NCBI GenBank assembly: GCA_937927435.1
Contig: CALBDW010000166.1
Span: forward strand, 416-64,415
From: an uncultured Bdellovibrionales bacterium
GTDB lineage: Bacteria > Bdellovibrionota > Bdellovibrionia > Bdellovibrionales > JAMPXM01
Reading direction: 5' to 3'
Length of the DNA stretch: 64,000 nt
The translations under genes were made by a program, and so were the position numbers. Position 1 is the stretch's first letter, and each line of letters opens with the position of its first letter. Below, piece by piece: positions 36,163 through 44,747 of the stretch. The notes below the pieces were generated by a model. That model was not told where the DNA came from. It searched no databases and saw nothing but the letters and a program-made list of their open reading frames with translations.

Positions 36163-37227
36163 ATGGAAGAGTTAGCGGTCATATTTCTCTGCTTGATCCT
36201 CAATGCTTTCTTCGCGGCCTATGAAATGGCCTTTGTTTCCATCCCGAAGACGGAGCTGCGGGCGCTTGCAAAGACCGGCAGCAGGAGCGCCCGCACTTTG
36301 CTGGAGTTAAGGGAAAACCCCGAACGAACGCTCTCGGTGATTCAGATCGGCATCACGTTCGTGGGCGCGATCGGCGCGGCGGTCGGCGGGGCCGGAGCCG
36401 CGGAATTTCTTGTCCCCTATTTCATGCGGGAATTTTCCATGCGGGAAATCACGGCCGAAGCGCTGTCGGTTTTCCTTGTGGTCTTGCCGTTAACGTACTT
36501 GAACGTCGTGGTCGGCGAACTCGTGCCGAAGTCGCTCGCGTTAAGGAGTCCGAAAAAGATCCTATTCGCCGGGGCCAAGGCGTTGTTTTTCGCCGATCGG
36601 GTTTTGGCGCCGTTGGTTTCGCTTTTGGAGTACTCCACGAAATCGATTTTGAACGTCTTTTTTTCTCGGCATCGGCGCGAGGATGGCGTTCAGGACGCCG
36701 CCGTTGAAATCGGATCGCTTTCCCCCGTGCACCGCACGTTCGTCATGAACATGGTGAACATCGAAAACAAAAAGGTGCGCGATATCTATGTTCCGTGGGA
36801 GCGCGTCGTTTCGGTCAAGGAATCCGATACGAGCGATGACGTCGTTCAGGTGGCTTTAGGTTCGGGACACACGCGGCTTCCTGTCGTGGCCGAAGACGGG
36901 CGTTTAATCGGGATCCTCCACACGAAAGAGTTCATGAGCTTGCGTGAGACAGGCGAGAAAGACTGGCGGGGCATTGTGCGCCCCGCGCTGACGGTGACAC
37001 TGAACGATTCCGCTCTCGGCGTGTTGCGGCTCATGCAGGAAAAAAGAAGCCACATGTGCGTCGTGTTTTCACCAGCGGGCGAGAAACTTGGCATCGTGAC
37101 TCTTGAAGACGTTCTGGAGGTCGTCGTCGGTGATATCTTCGATGAAGACGATGACGGCCGTGTCCGGCGCTTGTTGGCGAGGCGGATCAAAGACCGCATG
37201 TCGGTTTGGCAGAAATCGAGGACATGA
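36163..37227 (+). CDS. CNNM/DUF21 plus CBS-pair transporter (HlyC/CorC family, lacking the C-terminal CorC_HlyC domain)
   Basis: N-terminal DUF21 4-TM region (NAFFAAYEMAFVS), then a CBS pair (HTRLPVVAEDGRLIGILHTKE; HMCVVFSPAGEKLGIVTLEDVLE). Confidence 0.85.
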   Translation: MEELAVIFLCLILNAFFAAYEMAFVSIPKTELRALAKTGSRSARTLLELRENPERTLSVIQIGITFVGAIGAAVGGAGAAEFLVPYFMREFSMREITAEALSVFLVVLPLTYLNVVVGELVPKSLALRSPKKILFAGAKALFFADRVLAPLVSLLEYSTKSILNVFFSRHRREDGVQDAAVEIGSLSPVHRTFVMNMVNIENKKVRDIYVPWERVVSVKESDTSDDVVQVALGSGHTRLPVVAEDGRLIGILHTKEFMSLRETGEKDWRGIVRPALTVTLNDSALGVLRLMQEKRSHMCVVFSPAGEKLGIVTLEDVLEVVVGDIFDEDDDGRVRRLLARRIKDRMSVWQKSRT

Positions 37228-37793
37228 TAGGAAAAACGATTCACCAAAAAACGCTTCAATTTGTCCGCGGATTGCAGCGATTCGCGGCGCGCTGGTGGTA
37301 TCCGCCGCTGGTGGCTATGCTGGCGATCGCGGACAATTTCGTCCTCGTTCTTCCGACCGACGGGATCTTGGTCTCAAGTGTGATGCTAGTTCCGAAAAGG
37401 TGGCTGCTGCTCGCCGTGGTATCGACGATTGGTTCCACGATCGGTGCCTTGACGTTGGCTGGTCTGGTCGAGGTCTATGGTCTGCCTTTAGTCGTAGACC
37501 TCTATCCCAGCGTCGTGGAATCGCCTTCGTGGGCGCTCACGTCGCGGTTCTTCGAAGAGTACGGTTTGTATTTGGTTTTTTTGGTCTCAATGACTCCTCT
37601 CATGCAGCAGCCAGTATTAATTTTAGCCGGTTTGGCGGTTACGCCTCTGCACGAGTTGGCTCCCGTGGTATTCTTAGGTAAAGGAGTGAAGTCCGTTATT
37701 TTGGCCTATATCGGCTCCCATGCGCCGCGTTTGTTGAAAAACCTGTGGGGAGTGCAAGGTGAGTTGAAGGACGTCGGCATCAGGCTGGATTAA
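37224..37793 (+). CDS. YqaA/DedA-like (SNARE-associated domain) membrane protein
   Basis: Hydrophobic profile and WWYPPLVAMLAIADNFVLVLPTDGIL motif. ATG 37224 overlaps the upstream stop (ATGA); an alternative TTG lies at 37206. Confidence 0.65.
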   Translation: MIGKTIHQKTLQFVRGLQRFAARWWYPPLVAMLAIADNFVLVLPTDGILVSSVMLVPKRWLLLAVVSTIGSTIGALTLAGLVEVYGLPLVVDLYPSVVESPSWALTSRFFEEYGLYLVFLVSMTPLMQQPVLILAGLAVTPLHELAPVVFLGKGVKSVILAYIGSHAPRLLKNLWGVQGELKDVGIRLD

Positions 37794-37820
37794 TGGATCC
37801 TCCGCAATGGGAGCCCGGCA

Positions 37821-38840
37821 ATGCTGCCATCGAACGACATTTATATCGATCTGGGGACCGCGAACACATTGGTTTATGTGAAACGCCGCGGGTTCGTTCT
37901 CAATGAGCCGACGGTTCTAGCGGTCCGCCATCGTTCGGAGCATGAATCTGAGTTATTCGCGCTCGGGCGTGATGCCAAAGTTATGCTGGGCAAAAATCCC
38001 GAAAACCTTTCCGTCCTAAGACCTCTCCGTGAAGGAGTCGTGGCGGACTTCGATAATACAGTCCGTCTGTTGCGCGCGTTGATTCAAAAAGCGAAAGACA
38101 ATTTAACGCTGGGGCGGCCCCGCATGATTATCTCGTTACCGTGCCAGGTGAACCGGTTTGAAAGGCGCGCGGTTGAAGAAATCGGTTACGAGCTGGGAGC
38201 GCGGACAGTGCATCTTTTGGAAGAGCCCGTGGCCGCCGCCATTGGCTCCGGCCTCGCTGTCTTAGGTAAACGGGGACAGATGGTCGTTGATATCGGCGGT
38301 GGCACGACCGAGATCGCGATCATCGCTCTGGGGGGAATTGTAACTTCCACGGCCGTGCGGGTCGGCGGCGATGATATTGATGAGGCGATCATCACGCATT
38401 TGCGGAGCCGCTATAATTTCGTGATCGGCGAGCAGACCGCTGAACGGATCAAAATCGCGGTCGCAGACGTCAATCCTGTTGCGCCGCAATCGCGTTCCAT
38501 CGATATCGGCGGATTCAATCTCTTAAAGAGATTGCCGACCCATTTGCGTGTCGACACGAACATGATCTTACCGGCTGTGGATTCAGTTGTGCGGGAAATC
38601 ATCGGTGCCGTTCGCAAAGCGTTGGAGGAATGCCCGCCGGAGATTGCGGGGGATATCGCCGAATCGGGACTGGTCTTAGCCGGCGGCGGCGCCTTGTTGG
38701 GCGGTCTGAGGGAACGCTTGGTTCAGGAGATCGGCATCCCCGTTAAAATTTCCGAACAACCGCTTCTCTCCGTCGCTTTAGGCGGCGCGAAAGCTTTGGA
38801 AGATTCGAACCTTTTCGAATTGATCGAAAAGCCCGACTGA
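37821..38840 (+). CDS. mreB: MreB-family actin-like protein (orphan paralogue, no mreCD adjacent)
   Basis: IDLGTANTLVYVKRRGFVLNEPTVLAV, VDIGGGTTEIAIIALGG and LAGGGALLGGL are actin-fold phosphate/adenosine motifs collinear with E. coli MreB. Confidence 0.9.
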   Translation: MLPSNDIYIDLGTANTLVYVKRRGFVLNEPTVLAVRHRSEHESELFALGRDAKVMLGKNPENLSVLRPLREGVVADFDNTVRLLRALIQKAKDNLTLGRPRMIISLPCQVNRFERRAVEEIGYELGARTVHLLEEPVAAAIGSGLAVLGKRGQMVVDIGGGTTEIAIIALGGIVTSTAVRVGGDDIDEAIITHLRSRYNFVIGEQTAERIKIAVADVNPVAPQSRSIDIGGFNLLKRLPTHLRVDTNMILPAVDSVVREIIGAVRKALEECPPEIAGDIAESGLVLAGGGALLGGLRERLVQEIGIPVKISEQPLLSVALGGAKALEDSNLFELIEKPD

Positions 38841-38952
38841 GTGATCTGTGATCGATCGATGTTCTAATCTCTAAAAAGAAATTTCATCCGTTAGAAGTGC
38901 GGGCGGCTTCCCTGGGAGTACTCTTCTTTCAGCAGTTGAAAGGGGAGTCGCG

Positions 38953-39330
38953 ATGGATCTTCGTCCGATTGAACGAGAAAATTGGCAAGTCTACTTGGAT
39001 GAGCTTTCGAAAGCCATTCAAGGCAACTACGTCGAGATTGAGATCGCCGGGGTCGGCTTGGGTGATCAAGTGGAGGAAGCTTGGGTTCCTTTAATCGGGC
39101 TGTCTTATGATCCGAAGGAAGACATCATGTTCGTGCACATGGATGAATGCGAGCGTATCATTCACGAGCCGAAAGAGCTTGTCGCGTTGTTTGACCGGAA
39201 TGATCGGGTGAATTCGCTGGTCATCAAGGATTCCCAAGGGAACGTGAATACGGTTAAGTTCCGGGCGCCGGTCTTGCTGGAGAGCGGACGGCGGACCGGA
39301 GTTGATGCCACGACGAGCCCCACGCCTTGA
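38953..39330 (+). CDS. Small acidic hypothetical protein (125 aa)
   Basis: ATG follows AAAGGGGAG. No motif I can assign with confidence (possibly DUF5335-like). Followed by a strong terminator. Confidence 0.55.
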   Translation: MDLRPIERENWQVYLDELSKAIQGNYVEIEIAGVGLGDQVEEAWVPLIGLSYDPKEDIMFVHMDECERIIHEPKELVALFDRNDRVNSLVIKDSQGNVNTVKFRAPVLLESGRRTGVDATTSPTP

Positions 39331-39343
39331 GACTAGGCTGTTG

Positions 39344-39383
39344 AAAAAAGGCTCTCGAGTTTTTCCTTGCGAGAGCCTTTTTT
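39344..39383. terminator. Bidirectional rho-independent terminator
   Basis: AAAAAA-GGCTCTCG-(12-nt loop)-CGAGAGCC-TTTTTT. The stem is flanked by an A-run and a T-run and lies between convergent genes ending at 39330 and 39397. Confidence 0.75.
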
Positions 39384-39396
39384 GCCGTCGCGTTCT

Positions 39397-39951
39397 TCAG
39401 ACGGCGTGGACTTTTGTTCCCATGTTGGTGAGTTGTCTGAGGCGGAGACTCCAGAACGTTAAGAAGAACCCGAAGAGAATCGAGTATGCGGCGAGCATCG
39501 CGAGCAAGGTCATGAGGCCCACGGTGGGCCAGACAAGAATCGCGACTCCCAAAAGGAAAGACACTAAGCCCGCAAGGCCAAAAAGAACCGGGTGAGACAA
39601 GATGTCTTGGAATGTATAGGCGAAGTAGATTTTCGCCAATCCTCTTAAAACAGCCCAAGCACTGACCAGCACGAGCAACGCGAGCAAGGCGGCCCCGGGG
39701 TAAAAAATCGCGAGTATTCCGGCCAGAATTCCTGTAACGCCTTCGAAGAGAATCAACCCTCGGCCCTTCTTGTTCTTCATCCGCCATGCAGCGGAAAGAG
39801 CCATCGCTCCATCGCAGACGGCGTACAGTGCGAAAAGTAGGGCGATCGTGACGAGGCCGGTGATCGGAAATAACAAAAGGATCAACCCGAAAATGATAGC
39901 GAAAACGCCGCGGGCAAAGATCCACCGCCAATCGAATGCTAAGTCTGCCAT
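39397..39951 (-). CDS. hdeD: HdeD-family (DUF308) acid-resistance membrane protein
   Basis: Repeated DUF308 helices (FAIIFGLILLLFPITGLVTIALLFALYAVCDG). ATG 39951 follows GGAGGATG. Confidence 0.8.
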   Translation of the reverse strand: MADLAFDWRWIFARGVFAIIFGLILLLFPITGLVTIALLFALYAVCDGAMALSAAWRMKNKKGRGLILFEGVTGILAGILAIFYPGAALLALLVLVSAWAVLRGLAKIYFAYTFQDILSHPVLFGLAGLVSFLLGVAILVWPTVGLMTLLAMLAAYSILFGFFLTFWSLRLRQLTNMGTKVHAV

Positions 39952-40119
39952 ACATCCTCCGCTCTTTGTCGTATCTTCTCTTCTACACCGAAGTTCGCGG
40001 AGGGGATCTGGAATTCGGTGCATATTGCCGAAGCTCATGAAATGGTGGGCGAGTCTTGGCGAAGAGCGCTACACCTTCTTAGGCGAACGGTGACATTTCC
40101 CCGCCGGGCAAACGGTTCG

Positions 40120-40890
40120 CTACTGGACGCTTTGGTGCACGGTATTTTCGGCGCTGGCGAATTTCTCAAGATCTTCCTGTAGCGCCACCATGTATTGGTA
40201 GATGTGGAAATAGTTTTTCATGACCCGCATCGCGTATTCCCGTTTTTGAATGCGTCCGTTAGCGTCGAAGCTTCCTAGTTTTCGTTCGATCCGGCGCATG
40301 TTCGTCGGCCCCATATTATAGGCGGGAAGGTAGTGGTAAGCGGTTCGATCGAATTCGGAACGGAGGTGTGCAATATATTGCACACCGATACGCACGTTCA
40401 TCACAGGGTCATAGAGCGTGATATCGCCGTTCCAGGGCAAACGGTATTTCTTCGCGATCCATTCACCTGTTTTCGGAAGAATTTGCATGAGTCCGACTTC
40501 CCCGGAAGATCCGCGGGCCGTCGGATTGAAAGAGCTTTCCGTCTGGATAATCGCCAGGATGAAGACAGGGTCGAACTCGTGGTTGCGGCTTTCCGAAATA
40601 ATCACCTGCGCCACGGCAGGCGCATGGGCTTTCCAGCTTCCTTTAAAGGATTCGGCGATTTTCTTATAGACGAGGTAATTCAAATACCGGTTGCCTTCAA
40701 GTTTCTGTGCCGCGCTTCCATGATAGTAGGCGCCCAGCAACTCGCGCGCTTGTTCCCGACGTGCGCCTTCGTCGACGTGAGAAATGTTGAGGTTCGCGAA
40801 CTCGACCAACGACATGTTTTGGAACGCCAGCATCAGGACCAGGGTGCCGAGTCCAAAAAACCCGGGAATCATCCGTCTTGTTCTTCTCAT
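40120..40890 (-). CDS. Lytic transglycosylase (SLT domain)
   Basis: Catalytic IIQTESSFNPTARGSSGEVGLMQI and AYNMGPTN motifs. N-terminal signal/anchor. Confidence 0.85.
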   Translation of the reverse strand: MRRTRRMIPGFFGLGTLVLMLAFQNMSLVEFANLNISHVDEGARREQARELLGAYYHGSAAQKLEGNRYLNYLVYKKIAESFKGSWKAHAPAVAQVIISESRNHEFDPVFILAIIQTESSFNPTARGSSGEVGLMQILPKTGEWIAKKYRLPWNGDITLYDPVMNVRIGVQYIAHLRSEFDRTAYHYLPAYNMGPTNMRRIERKLGSFDANGRIQKREYAMRVMKNYFHIYQYMVALQEDLEKFASAENTVHQSVQ

Positions 40891-41044
40891 GAGCTTCTTA
40901 TCGGACTTTAGTCGCGGTCTTTGCAGTCTTTCGGCGGCTGAATCTCAAAGTGGTCCGTCTCAGACTGACAAACGTCCAGGAGCGCGACACGGAACCTTAT
41001 TTTTGTGTTAAATTTACGAAAGCGGTGAATATCGGAGTTCCCAG

Positions 41045-41539
41045 GTGAAGGTTAACAAGACCGACGAGACGATTGAGTTCATTCTCGAAGGCGCGATCGG
41101 CGAGGGGGCGCCGTTGTTCCAGCAGGATGTCCGGAACTTCAAAGAAGTTGTGATGGACATGGAACAGGTGACTTATATCAACTCGGTTGGTGTCAAAGCA
41201 TGGATTCAATGGACGGGCCGGATCGCTCCGGGAGCCAAGTTCATCCTTCGGAAACTCCCGCTGGTCATGATCAACCAGGCCAGCACAGTGGTCGGCTTCA
41301 TGCCTCCGCACGCGAGAATCGAGTCGTTCTTCGCGCCGTTTGTCTGCCCCGACTGTAATACAGAAACGACGATGCTTTTTACGCGGGGAAAAGAGTACGA
41401 ATACGAGGAGGCCGGAGCGGAAAAGAGATTTGATATCCCTGAAATTTCGTGCCCCAAATGCAAAGCCGCAATGGAAGCCGATTTCACTCCGGCGAAGACC
41501 TTTTCGTTCCTCGATCTTCCGCAGAAGTCAGCGTCGTGA
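41045..41539 (+). CDS. STAS-like domain protein with C-terminal 2xCxxC zinc ribbon
   Basis: EFILEGAIG....VVMDMEQVTYINSVGVKAWIQW...KFILRKLPLVMINQ follows the SpoIIAA/STAS pattern. CPDC (res 101-104) and CPKC (136-139). GTG start follows GGAG. Confidence 0.6.
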   Translation: MKVNKTDETIEFILEGAIGEGAPLFQQDVRNFKEVVMDMEQVTYINSVGVKAWIQWTGRIAPGAKFILRKLPLVMINQASTVVGFMPPHARIESFFAPFVCPDCNTETTMLFTRGKEYEYEEAGAEKRFDIPEISCPKCKAAMEADFTPAKTFSFLDLPQKSAS

Positions 41540-41706
41540 CGATTCGGAACTAAATAAAATAGATTGTTTCGTTTCGCGACAGTTGTTTTGAATTCCGGAT
41601 CAGTCCGCAAGTTCGGTTCCACGATGTCGTCAGTGTTTGCGGCGCGGCTGAGCTACGGGCCGTCGCACGCGCCCGCGACCGTTGGTTTCCGGTGTGTGTT
41701 TGTTCC

Positions 41707-42189
41707 CTAATGGACTTGAGTTCCTCCACTGATGCCCTGCACGCGGACGTAGCGGCCGTCTGGTGATTCCCAGTATTCAGCCTCATCAACATCGATCTTG
41801 ATGAGAGCGAGATCGGGGTCGTTCAGTCCTTCAGGGAACCACGTTTCGTATTCCTTCTTCCAAAGCTCCTTGGCTTTTTCCTTGTCGTTGATGATCTGCG
41901 CGCGGCCTGAGATCGAAACATATTTCGAGTCGTCGGCGTCCACGTAAGTGACGTTGACCCGCTGGTCATTCTGGATCGAGTGAACCTTTCCGGTCGAGCG
42001 TCCGGTGAAGAACCAGAGCGAGCCGTCGAAGCGCGTCGGTGGGGTGATCATCGGACGGCTACGGATGAGGCCTTGCGTGTCGATCGTGGTGAGCATTGCG
42101 AACTTGATGTCGTTGATCATTTCGCCAAGCTTACGGATCTCTTTTTTCTTTTCGGTTGTCTGTTCGGTTTGAGGTTTTACGGTGTTCAT
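41707..42189 (-). CDS. Pyridoxamine 5'-phosphate oxidase-fold general stress protein 26 family
   Basis: ATG 42189 follows AAGGAG. FAMLTTIDTQGLIRSRPM...LWFFTGRSTGKVHSIQNDQRVNVTY...YVSISGRA is the GSP26/PNPOx-like pattern. Confidence 0.8.
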   Translation of the reverse strand: MNTVKPQTEQTTEKKKEIRKLGEMINDIKFAMLTTIDTQGLIRSRPMITPPTRFDGSLWFFTGRSTGKVHSIQNDQRVNVTYVDADDSKYVSISGRAQIINDKEKAKELWKKEYETWFPEGLNDPDLALIKIDVDEAEYWESPDGRYVRVQGISGGTQVH

Positions 42190-42313
42190 GAAGACTCCTT
42201 TCCAGGATAAGGCTGGGTCGGAAATCATCTTGCCATGAAAGGAGGCGGGAGCGTTGTGTGATTATTCAAAATTTCCGCTGAATTAGGAAGGAGGATGGGT
42301 TAGCCTCGAAGTT

Positions 42314-43030
42314 ATGAAAAAACTGACTCAGCGGGATGCGATAGCGAAGATCAATAAGCGGGGAGCCCTCTTGGTTTTCCCGATCAATAACCGCCCGCAA
42401 CCCCTTTCCCTCTGGTCGGAATTTTTTCCGCGTTCCCGCATGAAGTGGGAGTGGAACGAGGACGGCGACGACCGCGTCGGCGAAATGTGGTTTTTGATGA
42501 AACGTCTTTCAGACTGCCGTAAGGTTGTTTACTCGAAGTGGTACCAAGGAAGGGCGACGTTCTTTTCACGGGAACTCTTCACTGCCATGCTTGCCGTTTT
42601 TCAACAAACCGGCGATTTGACGCGAGGACTTTTGCCTGAATCGCAAATCTTGCTTGAAGTTCTGGAAAGTGATTCTCCGCTTTCGACCAAGGAACTCAAA
42701 CGTCTCGCGGATATGTCGGGCAAGGAAAACGAAGCGGCCTATAACCGGGGAACGAGAGAGCTGTTTTCGAGACTTCTTGTCATCGGCTTCGGCGAAGTTG
42801 ATGACGGTGCGTTCCCTTCGCTCGCGATCGGCGCGACCCGCTTGATCTACGAAGATCTTTGGAATGAGGCGGCGGCGATGGAGAAAGGGCGCGCCGAAGC
42901 GGTGATTGATCGTTACATGCCAGCGGGCACTCCCTTTAGAAGGCAGTTTGAAAAGATCAAGACCGTTCTTGCCGAAAGCGCCAAATTCGCTTTTACGAGG
43001 GACCAAGACTCCTTTCCCTTTTCGGATTAA
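42314..43030 (+). CDS. Conserved hypothetical protein (238 aa), possibly wHTH/AlkZ-related
   Basis: Clean ORF with ATG start. WEWNEDGDDRVGEMWFLMKRLS..RKVVYSKWYQGRATFFS resembles what I recall of AlkZ/YcaQ-related winged-helix proteins, but I cannot verify this. Confidence 0.55.
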   Translation: MKKLTQRDAIAKINKRGALLVFPINNRPQPLSLWSEFFPRSRMKWEWNEDGDDRVGEMWFLMKRLSDCRKVVYSKWYQGRATFFSRELFTAMLAVFQQTGDLTRGLLPESQILLEVLESDSPLSTKELKRLADMSGKENEAAYNRGTRELFSRLLVIGFGEVDDGAFPSLAIGATRLIYEDLWNEAAAMEKGRAEAVIDRYMPAGTPFRRQFEKIKTVLAESAKFAFTRDQDSFPFSD

Positions 43031-43062
43031 GATCGAGACGTCCGATACGGAAAGGACCTTTT

Positions 43063-43692
43063 ATGGCCCAAGCTCAAAACAATTCGCAAAGTTTAAAAGG
43101 AAAAAAGATCGCGATATTGGCGACCGACGGTTTTGAACAATCGGAGCTTCTTGAACCGCGGGAGGCTCTCAAGAAGGCCGGAGCTCAAGTCTTTATCGTT
43201 TCTCCCAATGAAGGTTTCATCAGGGGCTGGAATCATAACGACTGGGGGCAAAGGGTTGAAGTCGACGTCGAGTTAAGTTCGACGACAGCGGCCGATTTCG
43301 ATGCCCTTCTGATTCCGGGCGGAGTGATGAGTCCGGATCGCTTGCGTATGATCGCCGATGCTGTTCAATTTGTGAGAGCATTCGCGGAGGCGGGCAAACC
43401 CATCGCGGCGATTTGCCATGGGCCCTGGATGCTGGTCGAAGCCGACGTCGTTAGGGGACGGAAAGTGACCTCGTATCGTTCCATTCGGACGGATCTCGCG
43501 AACGCCGGAGCCAAGTGGATGGACGAAGAGGTCGTCACCGATGGAGGAATGGTGACAGGCCGGCAGCCATCGGATCTTCCGGCGTTCATCGCGAAAATGC
43601 TCGAGGAATTCGCGGAAGGGGTCCATAAGCCGAAGGTGGGCTCGAAGAAAAAGGGCACGAAAGCGAGACAAGCGGAGCTTCAGGAAACGTAG
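43063..43692 (+). CDS. DJ-1/PfpI-family protein (type 1 glutamine amidotransferase-like, YfkM/PfpI class)
   Basis: KIAILATDGFEQSEL, nucleophile elbow AICHGPWML, GRKVTSY. Lys-rich C-terminal tail. Confidence 0.9.
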   Translation: MAQAQNNSQSLKGKKIAILATDGFEQSELLEPREALKKAGAQVFIVSPNEGFIRGWNHNDWGQRVEVDVELSSTTAADFDALLIPGGVMSPDRLRMIADAVQFVRAFAEAGKPIAAICHGPWMLVEADVVRGRKVTSYRSIRTDLANAGAKWMDEEVVTDGGMVTGRQPSDLPAFIAKMLEEFAEGVHKPKVGSKKKGTKARQAELQET

Positions 43693-43695
43693 CGC

Positions 43696-44589
43696 TCAAG
43701 TGTTCGGCGACGTCCGGGCCGGAAGAGAAACGACAATCAGGGCCGAAAGCACAAGGATCGCGCCGGCGACTTGCGCGTTCGACATCCGCTCCCCAAGGAT
43801 GAAGGACGCCAACAGAATGGTCGTAACCGGCTCTGAGATACTGAGAACGGACGTTTCCCAGCTTTGCAGTTTCTTGAGGCCCGCGAGAAAGAGACTCATG
43901 GCTGCAACCGAACAGATGACGGCAAGGCCTAGAATCCAAGGCCATGCTTCTTTAAGAGCGAAGGCGGTGCGCTCCACGCTTTGCCAATGCAGAAGGCTGA
44001 GGGCGACACCCCCTGAAAGCTGGATATAGGCGGTCGAGGCGAGCGTGTCAGCGGTCGCGAGAAAACGGCGCGAGCAAAGGATGTAAGCCGAATAAAAAAC
44101 AGCCGAAGCGACCCCGAAAATCAAATAAAGCGGATTATAAACTTGGAAATCACCCCAAACTAGCATGACGAGCCCGGCGATCGCCACAGGAAGGGAGATG
44201 AGCCGGTCTTTAGGAATCCGTTCACCGAGAAAGAGTCTCGCGCCGATCGGAACCATGACGGGATAAAGATAGAGAAGTAGAACCGTGAGCGAAGCAGACA
44301 GGCCCGAAAGCGCCTTGAAAAAGCAGAAGGAAAAAACGGCATAACCCGCAATGCCGAGAAAAACGGACCATAAGAGATGGGATCGCGAAAGCTTGAGACG
44401 ACGGAATGACGTGAGGGAAAGAAAAGAAAGTAAAAGGAGGCTTGCTACAAGAAAGCGCAGACTTAAAACTTCGCCCGGTTCGAGCCCTTTTTTATACGCG
44501 CCTTTGGCGAGAATTCCGATGAATCCGAAGCAGATTCCGGAAACGAGAACCTCGATGACGCCGACGGCGCGATATGAATTGGAGAGCAT
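43696..44589 (-). CDS. EamA/DMT-superfamily transporter
   Basis: 10-TM protein with two EamA repeats. Confidence 0.85.
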   Translation of the reverse strand: MLSNSYRAVGVIEVLVSGICFGFIGILAKGAYKKGLEPGEVLSLRFLVASLLLLSFLSLTSFRRLKLSRSHLLWSVFLGIAGYAVFSFCFFKALSGLSASLTVLLLYLYPVMVPIGARLFLGERIPKDRLISLPVAIAGLVMLVWGDFQVYNPLYLIFGVASAVFYSAYILCSRRFLATADTLASTAYIQLSGGVALSLLHWQSVERTAFALKEAWPWILGLAVICSVAAMSLFLAGLKKLQSWETSVLSISEPVTTILLASFILGERMSNAQVAGAILVLSALIVVSLPARTSPNT

Positions 44590-44747
44590 GTGGTCATCAT
44601 GCCACAGTGTCGGGAGGAAAAGGCAGTTTGATTTTTACGCCGAGCTGTTGCGCTACATGTGGACTGCGGCTTGTATTCTCGATATGTCTAATAGACGGCG
44701 TTGGGACCATTCGGTCCCGGCCTCGCCTCAGAGGCTAGGGGGCATGC

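Noticed and set aside
41648-41661. Minus-strand GGCCCGTAGCTCAG, which looks like the 5' acceptor/D-arm start of a tRNA.
   Set aside because: No matching D-stem closure (GAGC), anticodon arm, T-arm (GTTCGA) or acceptor 3' strand follows. It is a chance match within a GC-rich convergent intergenic region.
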